A stretch of 64,000 nucleotides of DNA. Origin: Escherichia coli. Lineage in GTDB: Bacteria; Pseudomonadota; Gammaproteobacteria; Enterobacterales; Enterobacteriaceae. Location: NCBI RefSeq assembly GCF_041886205.1, contig NZ_CP169029.1; one strand, 5' to 3'. The notes beneath the pieces were generated by a model. The model ran no database searches and was not told the origin of the DNA. It saw nothing but the letters and a program-made list of their open reading frames with translations. This document shows positions 54,159 to 64,000 of this stretch, piece after piece (the first letter of the stretch is position 1; the number at the start of each line of letters is the position of its first letter). The translations under genes were made by a program, and so were the position numbers.

Positions 54159-54674
54159 ATGGATTACTTCACCCTCTTTGGCTTGCCTGCCCGTTATCAA
54201 CTCGATACCCAGGCGCTGAGCCTGCGTTTTCAGGATCTACAACGTCAGTATCATCCTGATAAATTCGCCAGCGGAAGCCAGGCGGAACAACTCGCCGCCG
54301 TACAGCAATCTGCAACCATTAACCAGGCCTGGCAAACGCTGCGTCATCCGTTAATGCGCGCGGAATATTTGCTTTCTTTGCACGGTTTTGATCTCGCCAG
54401 CGAGCAGCATACTGTGCGCGACACCGCGTTCCTGATGGAACAGCTGGAGCTGCGCGAAGAACTGGACGAGATCGAACAGGCGAAAGATGAAGCGCGGCTG
54501 GAAAGCTTTATCAAACGTGTGAAAAAGATGTTTGATACCCGCCATCAGTTGATGGTTGAACAGTTAGACAACGAGACGTGGGACGCGGCGGCGGATACCG
54601 TGCGTAAGCTGCGTTTTCTCGATAAACTGCGAAGCAGTGCCGAACAACTCGAAGAAAAACTGCTCGATTTTTAA
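54159..54674 (+). CDS. hscB: J-domain co-chaperone HscB
   Basis: 171-aa [13 protein letters not shown] with HPD motif. Confidence 0.9.
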   Translation: MDYFTLFGLPARYQLDTQALSLRFQDLQRQYHPDKFASGSQAEQLAAVQQSATINQAWQTLRHPLMRAEYLLSLHGFDLASEQHTVRDTAFLMEQLELREELDEIEQAKDEARLESFIKRVKKMFDTRHQLMVEQLDNETWDAAADTVRKLRFLDKLRSSAEQLEEKLLDF

Positions 54675-54690
54675 TTTCTGGAAGCTAAAC

Positions 54691-56541
54691 ATGGCCTTAT
54701 TACAAATTAGTGAACCTGGTTTGAGTGCTGCGCCGCATCAGCGTCGTCTGGCGGCCGGTATTGACCTGGGCACAACCAACTCGCTGGTGGCGACAGTGCG
54801 CAGCGGTCAGGCCGAAACGTTAGCCGACCATGAAGGCCGTCACCTGCTGCCGTCTGTTGTTCACTATCAACAGCAAGGGCATTCGGTGGGTTATGACGCG
54901 CGTACTAACGCAGCGCTCGATACCGCCAACACCATTAGTTCTGTTAAACGCCTGATGGGGCGCTCGCTGGCTGATATCCAGCAACGCTATCCGCATCTGC
55001 CTTATCAATTCCAGGCCAGCGAAAACGGCCTGCCGATGATTGAAACGGCGGCGGGGCTGCTGAACCCGGTGCGCGTTTCTGCGGACATCCTCAAAGCACT
55101 GGCGGCGCGGGCAACTGAAGCCCTGGCAGGCGAGCTGGATGGTGTCGTTATCACTGTTCCGGCGTACTTTGACGATGCCCAGCGTCAGGGCACCAAAGAC
55201 GCGGCGCGTCTGGCGGGGTTGCATGTTCTGCGCTTACTTAACGAACCGACCGCTGCGGCTATCGCCTACGGGCTGGATTCCGGTCAGGAAGGCGTGATCG
55301 CTGTTTATGACCTCGGCGGCGGGACGTTTGATATTTCCATTCTGCGCTTAAGTCGCGGCGTGTTTGAAGTGCTGGCAACCGGCGGTGATTCCGCGCTCGG
55401 CGGCGATGATTTCGACCATCTGCTGGCGGATTACATTCGCGAGCAGGCGGGCATTCCTGATCGTAGCGATAACCGCGTTCAGCGTGAACTGCTGGATGCT
55501 GCCATTGCGGCCAAAATCGCGCTGAGCGATGCGGACTCTGTGACCGTGAATGTTGCGGGCTGGCAGGGCGAAATCAGCCGTGAACAATTCAATGAACTGA
55601 TCGCGCCACTGGTAAAACGAACCTTACTGGCTTGTCGTCGTGCGCTGAAAGACGCGGGCGTAGAAGCTGACGAAGTACTGGAAGTGGTGATGGTGGGCGG
55701 TTCTACTCGCGTGCCGCTGGTGCGTGGACGGGTAGGCGAATTTTTCGGTCGTCCACCGCTGACTTCCATCGACCCGGATAAAGTCGTCGCTATTGGCGCG
55801 GCGATTCAGGCGGATATTCTGGTGGGTAACAAGCCAGACAGCGAAATGCTGCTGCTTGATGTGATCCCACTGTCGCTGGGCCTCGAAACGATGGGCGGCC
55901 TGGTGGAGAAAGTGATTCCGCGTAATACCACTATTCCGGTGGCCCGCGCTCAGGATTTCACCACCTTTAAAGATGGTCAGACGGCGATGTCTATCCATGT
56001 AATGCAGGGTGAGCGCGAACTGGTGCAGGACTGCCGCTCACTGGCGCGTTTTGCGCTGCGTGGTATTCCGGCGCTACCGGCTGGCGGTGCGCATATTCGC
56101 GTGACGTTCCAGGTCGATGCCGACGGTCTTTTGAGCGTGACGGCGATGGAGAAATCCACCGGCGTTGAGGCGTCTATTCAGGTCAAACCGTCTTACGGTC
56201 TGACCGATAGCGAAATCGCTTCGATGATCAAAGACTCAATGAGCTATGCCGAGCAGGACGTAAAAGCCCGAATGCTGGCAGAACAAAAAGTAGAAGCGGC
56301 GCGTGTGCTGGAAAGTCTGCACGGCGCGCTGGCTGCTGATGCCGCGCTGTTAAGCGCCGCAGAACGTCAGGTCATTGACGATGCTGCCGCTCACCTGAGT
56401 GAAGTGGCGCAGGGCGATGACGTTGACGCCATCGAACAAGCGATTAAAAACGTAGACAAACAAACCCAGGATTTCGCCGCTCGCCGCATGGACCAGTCGG
56501 TTCGTCGTGCGCTGAAAGGCCATTCCGTGGACGAGGTTTAA
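54691..56541 (+). CDS. hscA: Hsp70-type chaperone HscA
   Basis: Start refined to [10 protein letters not shown] (616 aa); Hsp70 signatures IDLGTTNS and DLGGGTFD. Confidence 0.95.
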   Translation: MALLQISEPGLSAAPHQRRLAAGIDLGTTNSLVATVRSGQAETLADHEGRHLLPSVVHYQQQGHSVGYDARTNAALDTANTISSVKRLMGRSLADIQQRYPHLPYQFQASENGLPMIETAAGLLNPVRVSADILKALAARATEALAGELDGVVITVPAYFDDAQRQGTKDAARLAGLHVLRLLNEPTAAAIAYGLDSGQEGVIAVYDLGGGTFDISILRLSRGVFEVLATGGDSALGGDDFDHLLADYIREQAGIPDRSDNRVQRELLDAAIAAKIALSDADSVTVNVAGWQGEISREQFNELIAPLVKRTLLACRRALKDAGVEADEVLEVVMVGGSTRVPLVRGRVGEFFGRPPLTSIDPDKVVAIGAAIQADILVGNKPDSEMLLLDVIPLSLGLETMGGLVEKVIPRNTTIPVARAQDFTTFKDGQTAMSIHVMQGERELVQDCRSLARFALRGIPALPAGGAHIRVTFQVDADGLLSVTAMEKSTGVEASIQVKPSYGLTDSEIASMIKDSMSYAEQDVKARMLAEQKVEAARVLESLHGALAADAALLSAAERQVIDDAAAHLSEVAQGDDVDAIEQAIKNVDKQTQDFAARRMDQSVRRALKGHSVDEV

Positions 56542-56542
56542 T

Positions 56543-56878
56543 ATGCCAAAGATTGTTATTTTGCCTCATCAGGATCTCTGTCCTGATGGCGCTGTTCTGG
56601 AAGCTAATAGCGGTGAAACCATTCTCGACGCAGCTCTGCGTAACGGTATCGAGATTGAACACGCCTGTGAAAAATCCTGTGCTTGCACCACCTGCCACTG
56701 CATCGTTCGTGAAGGTTTTGACTCACTGCCGGAAAGCTCAGAGCAGGAAGACGACATGCTGGACAAAGCATGGGGACTGGAGCCGGAAAGCCGTTTAAGC
56801 TGCCAGGCGCGCGTTACCGACGAAGATTTAGTGGTCGAAATCCCGCGTTACACTATCAACCATGCGCGTGAGCATTAA
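56543..56878 (+). CDS. fdx: [2Fe-2S] ferredoxin
   Basis: 111-aa ORF with CxxxxxCxxC...C cluster ligands. Confidence 0.95.
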
Positions 56879-56889
56879 CAGAGGTTAGT

Positions 56890-57090
56890 ATGGGACTTAA
56901 GTGGACCGATAGCCGCGAAATTGGCGAAGCACTGTACGATGCGTATCCCGATCTTGATCCGAAAACGGTTCGATTCACCGATATGCATCAGTGGATTTGC
57001 GATCTGGAAGATTTCGACGACGACCCGCAGGCATCCAACGAGAAAATCCTCGAAGCGATTTTGTTAGTCTGGCTGGACGAAGCCGAGTGA
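56890..57090 (+). CDS. iscX: Fe-S assembly protein IscX
   Basis: 66-aa acidic [20 protein letters not shown]. Confidence 0.9.
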
Positions 57091-57148
57091 ATGAACGGGC
57101 TGCCTGGGGGTAGCCCGTTTTGCTGTTAAACGAATAAGGATAACTAAA

Positions 57149-58432
57149 ATGACAGAAGCGATGAAAATTACCCTTTCTACCCAACCTGCCGACGCGCGCT
57201 GGGGAGAAAAAGCGACTTACAGCATTAATAATGATGGCATTAACCTGCATTTGAACGGGGCAGACGATCTGGGGCTGATCCAGCGTGCGGCGCGCAAGAT
57301 TGACGGTCTGGGCATCAAGCATGTTCAGCTAAGCGGTGAAGGCTGGGATGCGGATCGTTGCTGGGCATTCTGGCAAGGTTACAAAGCTCCGAAAGGCACG
57401 CGTAAAGTGGAGTGGCCGGATCTGGACGATGCCCAACGCCAGGAACTGGATAACCGCCTGATGATCATCGACTGGGTGCGTGACACTATCAACGCACCGG
57501 CAGAAGAATTGGGGCCATCGCAACTGGCACAGCGTGCTGTTGATCTGATCAGCAACGTCGCAGGCGATCGTGTGACTTACCGGATCACCAAAGGCGAAGA
57601 TCTGCGTGAGCAAGGTTATATGGGGCTGCACACCGTCGGACGCGGTTCAGAACGTTCTCCGGTATTGCTGGCGCTGGATTACAATCCAACTGGCGATAAA
57701 GAAGCACCGGTGTACGCGTGCCTGGTTGGTAAAGGCATCACTTTTGATTCCGGCGGCTACAGCATCAAACAGACTGCGTTTATGGACTCGATGAAGTCGG
57801 ACATGGGCGGCGCGGCAACGGTTACCGGGGCGCTGGCGTTTGCCATTACGCGCGGACTGAACAAGCGCGTGAAGCTGTTCCTCTGCTGTGCGGATAACCT
57901 GATCAGCGGCAATGCGTTCAAGCTGGGCGATATCATTACCTATCGCAACGGTAAAAAAGTTGAAGTGATGAACACCGATGCGGAAGGGCGTCTGGTGCTG
58001 GCTGATGGCCTGATTGATGCCAGTGCGCAAAAACCGGAACTGATCATTGATGCGGCGACCCTCACCGGGGCGGCGAAAACCGCGCTGGGTAATGATTATC
58101 ACGCGCTGTTCAGTTTTGACGATGCGCTTGCCGCTCGCTTGCTGGCGAGTGCCTCACAAGAGAATGAACCGTTCTGGCGTCTGCCGCTGGCGGAGTTCCA
58201 CCGCAGCCAGCTGCCGTCTAACTTTGCCGAACTGAACAATACCGGAAGCGCGGCGTATCCGGCAGGTGCAAGCACGGCGGCGGGCTTTCTGTCGCACTTT
58301 GTTGAGAACTATCAGCAAGGCTGGCTGCATATCGACTGCTCGGCGACTTACCGTAAAGCGCCGGTTGAACAGTGGTCTGCGGGTGCTACGGGACTTGGTG
58401 TGCGCACGATTGCTAATCTGTTAACGGCGTAA
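57149..58432 (+). CDS. pepB: peptidase B (M17 aminopeptidase)
   Basis: 427-aa ORF with M17 signature NTDAEGRL. Confidence 0.9.
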   Translation: MTEAMKITLSTQPADARWGEKATYSINNDGINLHLNGADDLGLIQRAARKIDGLGIKHVQLSGEGWDADRCWAFWQGYKAPKGTRKVEWPDLDDAQRQELDNRLMIIDWVRDTINAPAEELGPSQLAQRAVDLISNVAGDRVTYRITKGEDLREQGYMGLHTVGRGSERSPVLLALDYNPTGDKEAPVYACLVGKGITFDSGGYSIKQTAFMDSMKSDMGGAATVTGALAFAITRGLNKRVKLFLCCADNLISGNAFKLGDIITYRNGKKVEVMNTDAEGRLVLADGLIDASAQKPELIIDAATLTGAAKTALGNDYHALFSFDDALAARLLASASQENEPFWRLPLAEFHRSQLPSNFAELNNTGSAAYPAGASTAAGFLSHFVENYQQGWLHIDCSATYRKAPVEQWSAGATGLGVRTIANLLTA

Positions 58433-58440
58433 ACTAATAT

Positions 58441-58540
<100 letters not shown>

Positions 58541-58574
58541 TTGTGCCCCGAACGTTGAATGAATTGTGGTTCTT

Positions 58575-59351
58575 ATGTCCGAAACAAAAAATGAACTTGA
58601 AGACCTGCTGGAAAAAGCAGCAACCGAACCGGCGCACCGCCCGGCCTTTTTCCGTACTCTACTGGAATCCACCGTCTGGGTGCCTGGTACGGCGGCGCGG
58701 GGCGAGGCGGTGGTTGAAGATAGCGCGCTTGATTTACAGCACTGGGAAAAAGAAGACGGCACCAGCGTCATTCCTTTTTTTACCTCGTTAGAAGCACTTC
58801 AACAGGCAGTTGAAGACGAACAGGCATTTGTCGTAATGCCCGTTCGCACATTGTTTGAGATGACCCTTGGCGAAACGCTCTTCCTTAATGCCAAACTGCC
58901 AACCGGTAAAGAGTTTATGCCGCGTGAAATCAGTTTGTTGATTGGTGAAGAAGGGAATCCGCTGAGTAGCCAGGAAGTACTGGAAGGCGGTGAATCGCTG
59001 ATATTATCGGAAGTCGCAGAGCCGCCAGCACAAATGATTGATTCACTCACCACCTTATTTAAAACCATTAAGCCAGTGAAGCGTGCTTTTATATGTTCAA
59101 TTAAAGAGAACGAAGAGGCACAGCCTAATTTACTTATTGGCATTGAAGCCGATGGTGATATCGAAGAAATTATTCAGGCGGCGGGAAGTGTAGCGACCGA
59201 TACATTACCTGGCGATGAACCAATCGATATTTGTCAGGTGAAAAAAGGGGAAAAAGGAATTAGCCACTTTATTACCGAACATATTGCGCCATTCTATGAA
59301 CGTCGTTGGGGTGGTTTTTTGCGTGACTTTAAACAGAACCGGATAATCTAA
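58575..59351 (+). CDS. sseB: protein SseB (enhances serine sensitivity)
   Basis: Start refined to MSETKNELEDLLEKA (258 aa). Confidence 0.85.
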   Translation: MSETKNELEDLLEKAATEPAHRPAFFRTLLESTVWVPGTAARGEAVVEDSALDLQHWEKEDGTSVIPFFTSLEALQQAVEDEQAFVVMPVRTLFEMTLGETLFLNAKLPTGKEFMPREISLLIGEEGNPLSSQEVLEGGESLILSEVAEPPAQMIDSLTTLFKTIKPVKRAFICSIKENEEAQPNLLIGIEADGDIEEIIQAAGSVATDTLPGDEPIDICQVKKGEKGISHFITEHIAPFYERRWGGFLRDFKQNRII

Positions 59352-59800
59352 AATATGCCGCCCCAAAGGGCGGCATTCGGGCTTACCTGCTGTTCTGAAG
59401 GTTGTTAACCACCAGTAAATTGTTGCCGGAGAGACTCAGGTTATTATTTACCTCGGTTAACAGCGCACCAGAAACAATAAGTACGATACAAAAGCACCGT
59501 ATCTTCATTGTGCGGTCCATGCGAAGACCGCATCACGACAGCACCACTGGCGATATTGCCGCGATAGCAAGCGCTGTGAAACACCTGCATTTACGGCCAC
59601 GGAACATCCTTTCCTAAAGCCAGCGCCCGTTTGCGAGACGGCGGAAAGGGCCGGTGTCGATAATACGCTAAATAAACAATAATTACTCTCTTTTGCTTGA
59701 CAAAAAGAGAGTTGCTGGCGAATATTGCTCTGCTGTGAAGCACCTGCGTTGCTCATGCAACACAAGTCAACCTGCTGGAAAGGCCGCGAACCAGACCAGC
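59352..59800. ncRNA. ryfA: putative sRNA locus (position consistent with ryfA) in the sseB-sseA convergent spacer
   Basis: 500-bp gap between convergent genes, bounded by hairpin terminators on both sides and containing promoter-like hexamers; I recall ryfA being annotated between sseA and sseB but cannot verify strand or ends from sequence. Confidence 0.35.
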
Positions 59801-59803
59801 AAT

Positions 59804-59834
59804 AAAAAACCGCCAAATTCGGCGGTTTTTTATT
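59804..59834. terminator. bidirectional rho-independent terminator (sseA 3' end / opposing short transcript)
   Basis: aaaaaaccgcc-aaattc-ggcggtttttt, GC stem flanked by A-run and T-run. Confidence 0.6.
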
Positions 59835-59847
59835 GCCTGTAAAATAC

Positions 59848-60693
59848 TTATTTCACTGGCTCAACCGGTAAATCTGCCCGCGCGCCCCATTCACTCCATG
59901 CGCCGTCGTATAGTTTCACGTTTGGCACATCCAGCGTCGCGAGTGCTAACAAAACCACGGCTGCCGTTACACCAGAGCCGCAGCTGACGATAATTGGTTT
60001 GTCGTAGCTGACGCCGCGACCAAAAAATATCGCATCCAGTTCATCGGTCGTTTTTAGTTCGCCTTCGCGCACCAGTTCCGTCCACGGAACATTCATTGCT
60101 CCGGGAATATGTCCGCGGCGTAAACCTGGGCGAGGTTCATCAACTTCTGCGTTAAAACGTGCAGCCGGGCGGGCATCAACAATTTGCGCCGTATTTTCAT
60201 GGCTTGCCAATAATACATCGGTTACTTTCACCACGGCTTCAGGATTAAACGCGGCGTTAAACTCTCCTTCCGGCAGCTCTACTGCACCTTCTTCTAACAA
60301 CAGATCATCGCGCTGCCAGCCTGCAAGTCCACCCCCCAGAATCGACACTTTCTCTACACCAAAGGTGCGCAGCATCCACCATGCTCGTGGGGCTGAGAAA
60401 AGATTACCTTCGTCATAGACAATCAGGTGCTTATCCTGGTTAACGCCTAATTCACGCATTGCCACGGCGAACGTTTCCGGGCGCGGCAGCATGTGCGGAA
60501 GCGGGGAAGTGTGATCAGAAAGCGCTTCGATATCAAAAAACACTGCGCCGGGAATATGTCCATTCAGATACTCCTGAGCAACGTTACGATCTTCCTGTCC
60601 AGGCGACGCCATGCGGGCATCGATAATCTGAATTTCCGGGTCATCAATATGTTCGGCGAGCCAGTCGGCTCCTACAAACCATGTCGTGGACAT
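59848..60693 (-). CDS. sseA: 3-mercaptopyruvate sulfurtransferase (tandem rhodanese)
   Basis: Start refined to MSTTWFVGADWLAEH (281 aa); active-site CGSGVTA. Confidence 0.9.
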   Translation of the reverse strand: MSTTWFVGADWLAEHIDDPEIQIIDARMASPGQEDRNVAQEYLNGHIPGAVFFDIEALSDHTSPLPHMLPRPETFAVAMRELGVNQDKHLIVYDEGNLFSAPRAWWMLRTFGVEKVSILGGGLAGWQRDDLLLEEGAVELPEGEFNAAFNPEAVVKVTDVLLASHENTAQIVDARPAARFNAEVDEPRPGLRRGHIPGAMNVPWTELVREGELKTTDELDAIFFGRGVSYDKPIIVSCGSGVTAAVVLLALATLDVPNVKLYDGAWSEWGARADLPVEPVK

Positions 60694-60899
60694 AGGCATC
60701 TCCATTTTTGCCGGGGTTAGGCTAAATTGTCGGATGTTTAGTGAAAAGCGACAAGCAAAAGAGGCTGATTTGGCTGTCTGAGCCACAATTCTCACTAAAA
60801 TTCGGATTGTATGGGCGTGATACTGAATTACATAACGTAAATTCTCACGCATAATAATTATTCGACGTTGCTAACGGGCCATTGTGGCAGGGATGAAAA

Positions 60900-63800
60900 A
60901 TGAAAAAGTTACGCGTAGCCGCCTGCATGCTAATGCTGGCGCTGGCAGGGTGCGACAACAACGATAACGCGCCAACAGCGGTGAAAAAAGATGCGCCTTC
61001 TGAAGTTACTAAAGCTGCCTCTTCAGAAAACGCGAGTTCAGCAAAACTCTCCGTGCCGGAGCGACAAAAACTGGCCCAACAGAGTGCCGGTAAGGTGCTG
61101 ACATTGCTGGATCTCTCTGAAGTCCAACTTGATGGTGCAGCCACGCTGGTGCTGACGTTCTCCATCCCTCTCGACCCGGATCAGGATTTCTCACGCGTTA
61201 TTCATGTCGTCGATAAAAAAAGCGGCAAAGTGGATGGTGCCTGGGAGCTGTCAGATAATCTTAAAGAGCTGCGTTTACGCCACCTCGAACCGAAACGTGA
61301 TTTGATCGTTACTATTGGCAAGGAGGTCAAAGCACTCAACAACACAACCTTCAGTAAAGATTACGAAAAAACTATAACTACCCGCGACATCCAACCCAGC
61401 GTCGGTTTTGCCAGCCGTGGTTCGCTGCTGCCTGGTAAAGTCGTTGAAGGGCTGCCGGTAATGGCGCTCAACGTTAATAATGTCGATGTTAACTTCTTCC
61501 GCGTTAAGCCAGAATCTCTGCCAGCATTCATTAGCCAATGGGAATACCGCAATTCGCTGGCGAACTGGCAGTCAGACAAACTGCTGCAGATGGCGGATCT
61601 GGTCTACACCGGACGGTTTGATCTCAATCCTGCGCGTAACACCCGTGAAAAATTATTGCTGCCGCTGGGCGATATCAAACCGCTTCAGCAGGCGGGCGTG
61701 TATCTGGCTGTGATGAATCAGGCTGGACGTTACGATTACAGTAATCCCGCGACGCTGTTTACGTTAAGTGATATCGGCGTTTCAGCTCACCGTTATCACA
61801 ATCGTCTGGATATCTTTACCCAAAGTCTGGAAAACGGCGCGGCCCAGCAAGGAATTGAAGTCTCTTTATTAAATGAGAAAGGGCAGATTCTGACTCAGGC
61901 AACCAGTGACGCTCAGGGGCATGTGCAGCTGGAAAATGATAAAAACGCCGCATTATTGCTGGCACGTAAAGACGGTCAGACAACGCTACTCGATTTAAAA
62001 CTTCCGGCGCTGGACTTAGCAGAATTTAACATTGCTGGCGCGCCAGGCTATAGCAAACAGTTTTTCATGTTTGGCCCGCGCGATCTTTATCGCCCAGGTG
62101 AAACGGTCATCCTCAATGGTTTGCTGCGTGATGCAGACGGTAAAGCGTTGCCCGATCAACCCATCAAGTTAGACGTGATTAAACCCGACGGGCAGGTACT
62201 CAGGAGCGTCGTTAGTCAGCCGGAGAATGGCCTCTACCACTTAACCTGGCCACTCGATAGCAATGCGGCAACCGGTATGTGGCATATTCGCGCTAACACG
62301 GGCGATAACCAGTATCGGATGTGGGATTTCCACGTCGAAGATTTTATGCCAGAGCGTATGGCGCTGAATCTGACCGGTGAGAAAACCCCGCTTACGCCGA
62401 ATGATGAAGTGAAATTCTCCGTGGTGGGATACTACCTGTACGGTGCGCCTGCTAATGGTAATACTTTGCAAGGGCAACTTTTCCTGCGCCCACTGCGTGA
62501 GGCTGTGTCAGCCTTACCTGGTTTTGAATTCGGCGATATAGCTGCTGAAAACCTTTCCCGCACTCTGGATGAAGTTCAGTTGACGCTGGATGATAAAGGG
62601 CGCGGCGAAGTTTCTACAGAAAGCCAGTGGAAGGAAACGCATTCCCCATTACAGGTTATTTTCCAGGGCAGTTTGCTGGAATCGGGCGGTCGCCCGGTGA
62701 CGCGCCGCGCTGAGCAGGCTATCTGGCCTGTCGATGCATTGCCGGGGATCCGTCCGCAGTTCGCCTCGAAATCGGTTTACGATTATCGTACTGACAGCAC
62801 GGTGAAACAGCCCATTGTTGATGAAGGCAGTAACGCCGCTTTTGACATCGTTTATAGCGATGCGCAAGGCGTGAAAAAAGCCGTGTCGGGCTTGCAGGTG
62901 CGCCTGATTCGCGAACGCCGCGATTACTACTGGAACTGGTCAGAAGATGAAGGCTGGCAGTCACAGTTTGATCAAAAAGATCTGATCGAAAATGAACAAA
63001 CTCTGGATCTTCAGGCGGATGAAACCGGTAAGGTCAGTTTCCCGGTAGAGTGGGGCGCTTATCGTCTGGAAGTCAAAGCGCCGAATGAAGCGGTCAGTAG
63101 CGTGCGTTTCTGGGCTGGCTATAGCTGGCAGGACAACAGCGACGGGAGCGGTACCGTGCGACCCGACCGTGTCACGCTGAAACTGGATAAAGCCAGTTAT
63201 CGCCCTGGCGATACCATTAAGTTGCATATTGCCGCGCCAACGGCGGGTAAAGGTTATGCGATGGTCGAATCCAGTGAAGGGCCGCTGTGGTGGCAAGAGA
63301 TTGATGTTCCGGCTCAAGGGTTGGATCTGACGATTCCGGTCGATAAAACCTGGAATCGTCATGATCTTTATTTGAGTACGCTGGTGGTGCGTCCTGGCGA
63401 TAAATCTCGCTCCGCGACGCCAAAACGCGCGGTTGGTGTGTTGCATCTGCCGCTTGGTGATGAAAACCGTCGCCTCGATCTGGCGCTGGAAACACCAGCA
63501 AAAATGCGTCCCAATCAACCATTAACCGTGAAAATTAAAGCCAGCACTAAAAATGGTGAGATGCCAAAACAGGTGAATGTGCTGGTGTCTGCCGTTGATA
63601 GTGGTGTGCTGAATATTACTGACTACGTCACGCCAGATCCGTGGCAGGCGTTCTTTGGTCAGAAACGCTATGGCGCAGACATTTACGATATTTACGGTCA
63701 GGTTATTGAAGGTCAGGGGCGTCTGGCAGCTCTGCGTTTCGGTGGCGATGGTGATGAGCTGAAACGTGGTGGTAAACCGCCGGTCAATCACGTCAATATT

Positions 63801-64000
63801 GTCGCGCAGCAGGCGCTGCCGGTAACGCTCAACGAACAGGGCGAAGGCTCGGTTACACTGCCGATTGGCGATTTTAACGGTGAATTGCGCGTCATGGCGC
63901 AAGCCTGGACGGCAGATGACTTCGGTAGCAACGAAAGTAAAGTGATAGTTGCCGCACCGGTGATTGCTGAACTGAACATGCCGCGCTTTATGGCGAGTGG
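60900..64000 (+). CDS. yfhM: alpha-2-macroglobulin family lipoprotein, N-terminal about 1030 codons (3' end beyond window)
   Basis: Open frame from ATG 60900 to window end with no stop (hence absent from ORF track); lipoprotein signal MKKLRVAACMLMLALAGC; divergent from sseA. Confidence 0.85.
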   Translation, partial: MKKLRVAACMLMLALAGCDNNDNAPTAVKKDAPSEVTKAASSENASSAKLSVPERQKLAQQSAGKVLTLLDLSEVQLDGAATLVLTFSIPLDPDQDFSRVIHVVDKKSGKVDGAWELSDNLKELRLRHLEPKRDLIVTIGKEVKALNNTTFSKDYEKTITTRDIQPSVGFASRGSLLPGKVVEGLPVMALNVNNVDVNFFRVKPESLPAFISQWEYRNSLANWQSDKLLQMADLVYTGRFDLNPARNTREKLLLPLGDIKPLQQAGVYLAVMNQAGRYDYSNPATLFTLSDIGVSAHRYHNRLDIFTQSLENGAAQQGIEVSLLNEKGQILTQATSDAQGHVQLENDKNAALLLARKDGQTTLLDLKLPALDLAEFNIAGAPGYSKQFFMFGPRDLYRPGETVILNGLLRDADGKALPDQPIKLDVIKPDGQVLRSVVSQPENGLYHLTWPLDSNAATGMWHIRANTGDNQYRMWDFHVEDFMPERMALNLTGEKTPLTPNDEVKFSVVGYYLYGAPANGNTLQGQLFLRPLREAVSALPGFEFGDIAAENLSRTLDEVQLTLDDKGRGEVSTESQWKETHSPLQVIFQGSLLESGGRPVTRRAEQAIWPVDALPGIRPQFASKSVYDYRTDSTVKQPIVDEGSNAAFDIVYSDAQGVKKAVSGLQVRLIRERRDYYWNWSEDEGWQSQFDQKDLIENEQTLDLQADETGKVSFPVEWGAYRLEVKAPNEAVSSVRFWAGYSWQDNSDGSGTVRPDRVTLKLDKASYRPGDTIKLHIAAPTAGKGYAMVESSEGPLWWQEIDVPAQGLDLTIPVDKTWNRHDLYLSTLVVRPGDKSRSATPKRAVGVLHLPLGDENRRLDLALETPAKMRPNQPLTVKIKASTKNGEMPKQVNVLVSAVDSGVLNITDYVTPDPWQAFFGQKRYGADIYDIYGQVIEGQGRLAALRFGGDGDELKRGGKPPVNHVNIVAQQALPVTLNEQGEGSVTLPIGDFNGELRVMAQAWTADDFGSNESKVIVAAPVIAELNMPRFMAS

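Noticed and set aside
59402-59617. 71-aa plus-strand ORF in the sseB-sseA spacer
   Set aside because: No convincing RBS, starts right after the sseB terminator, and the encoded sequence is not protein-like; the opposite-strand 24-codon ORF with a strong RBS is the better coding candidate, reported as a finding

Overview
This window is a syntenic stretch of Escherichia coli core chromosome (K-12-type region around 57-58 min, in reverse orientation), not an accessory island. I do not find a previously undescribed system here. Gene order: srmB (5' part) / trmN / nadB / rpoE-rseABC / lepAB / rnc-era-recO-pdxJ-acpS / shoB / yfhL / yfhH / pgpC / tadA / mltF / purL / glmY / glrK-qseG-glrR / glnB / hmp / glyA / yphH-yphA / hcaDBCFE-hcaR-hcaT / csiE / yfhR / suhB / trmJ / iscRSUA-hscBA-fdx-iscX / pepB / sseB / sseA / yfhM (3' end cut by the window). 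The most notable points are: (1) a complete 768-bp IS1 inserted in the large uncharacterised gene yphG, flanked by a direct repeat, which looks strain-specific; (2) the type I toxin gene shoB (26 codons), missed by the ORF track, in the acpS-yfhL spacer; (3) the sRNA glmY with its sigma54 promoter and GlrR sites upstream of glrK; (4) a 500-bp convergent spacer between sseB and sseA (where I recall ryfA being annotated) that contains a 24-codon hydrophobic ORF with a strong RBS and an opposing short transcription unit. No tRNA, rRNA, CRISPR array or prophage is visible. Gene calls rest on my recognition of the translated products and motifs, since no database search could be run. Start codons were refined from the ORF track by comparison with remembered protein N-termini and RBS inspection. 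Coordinates read by eye for non-coding features may be off by 1-2 nt.
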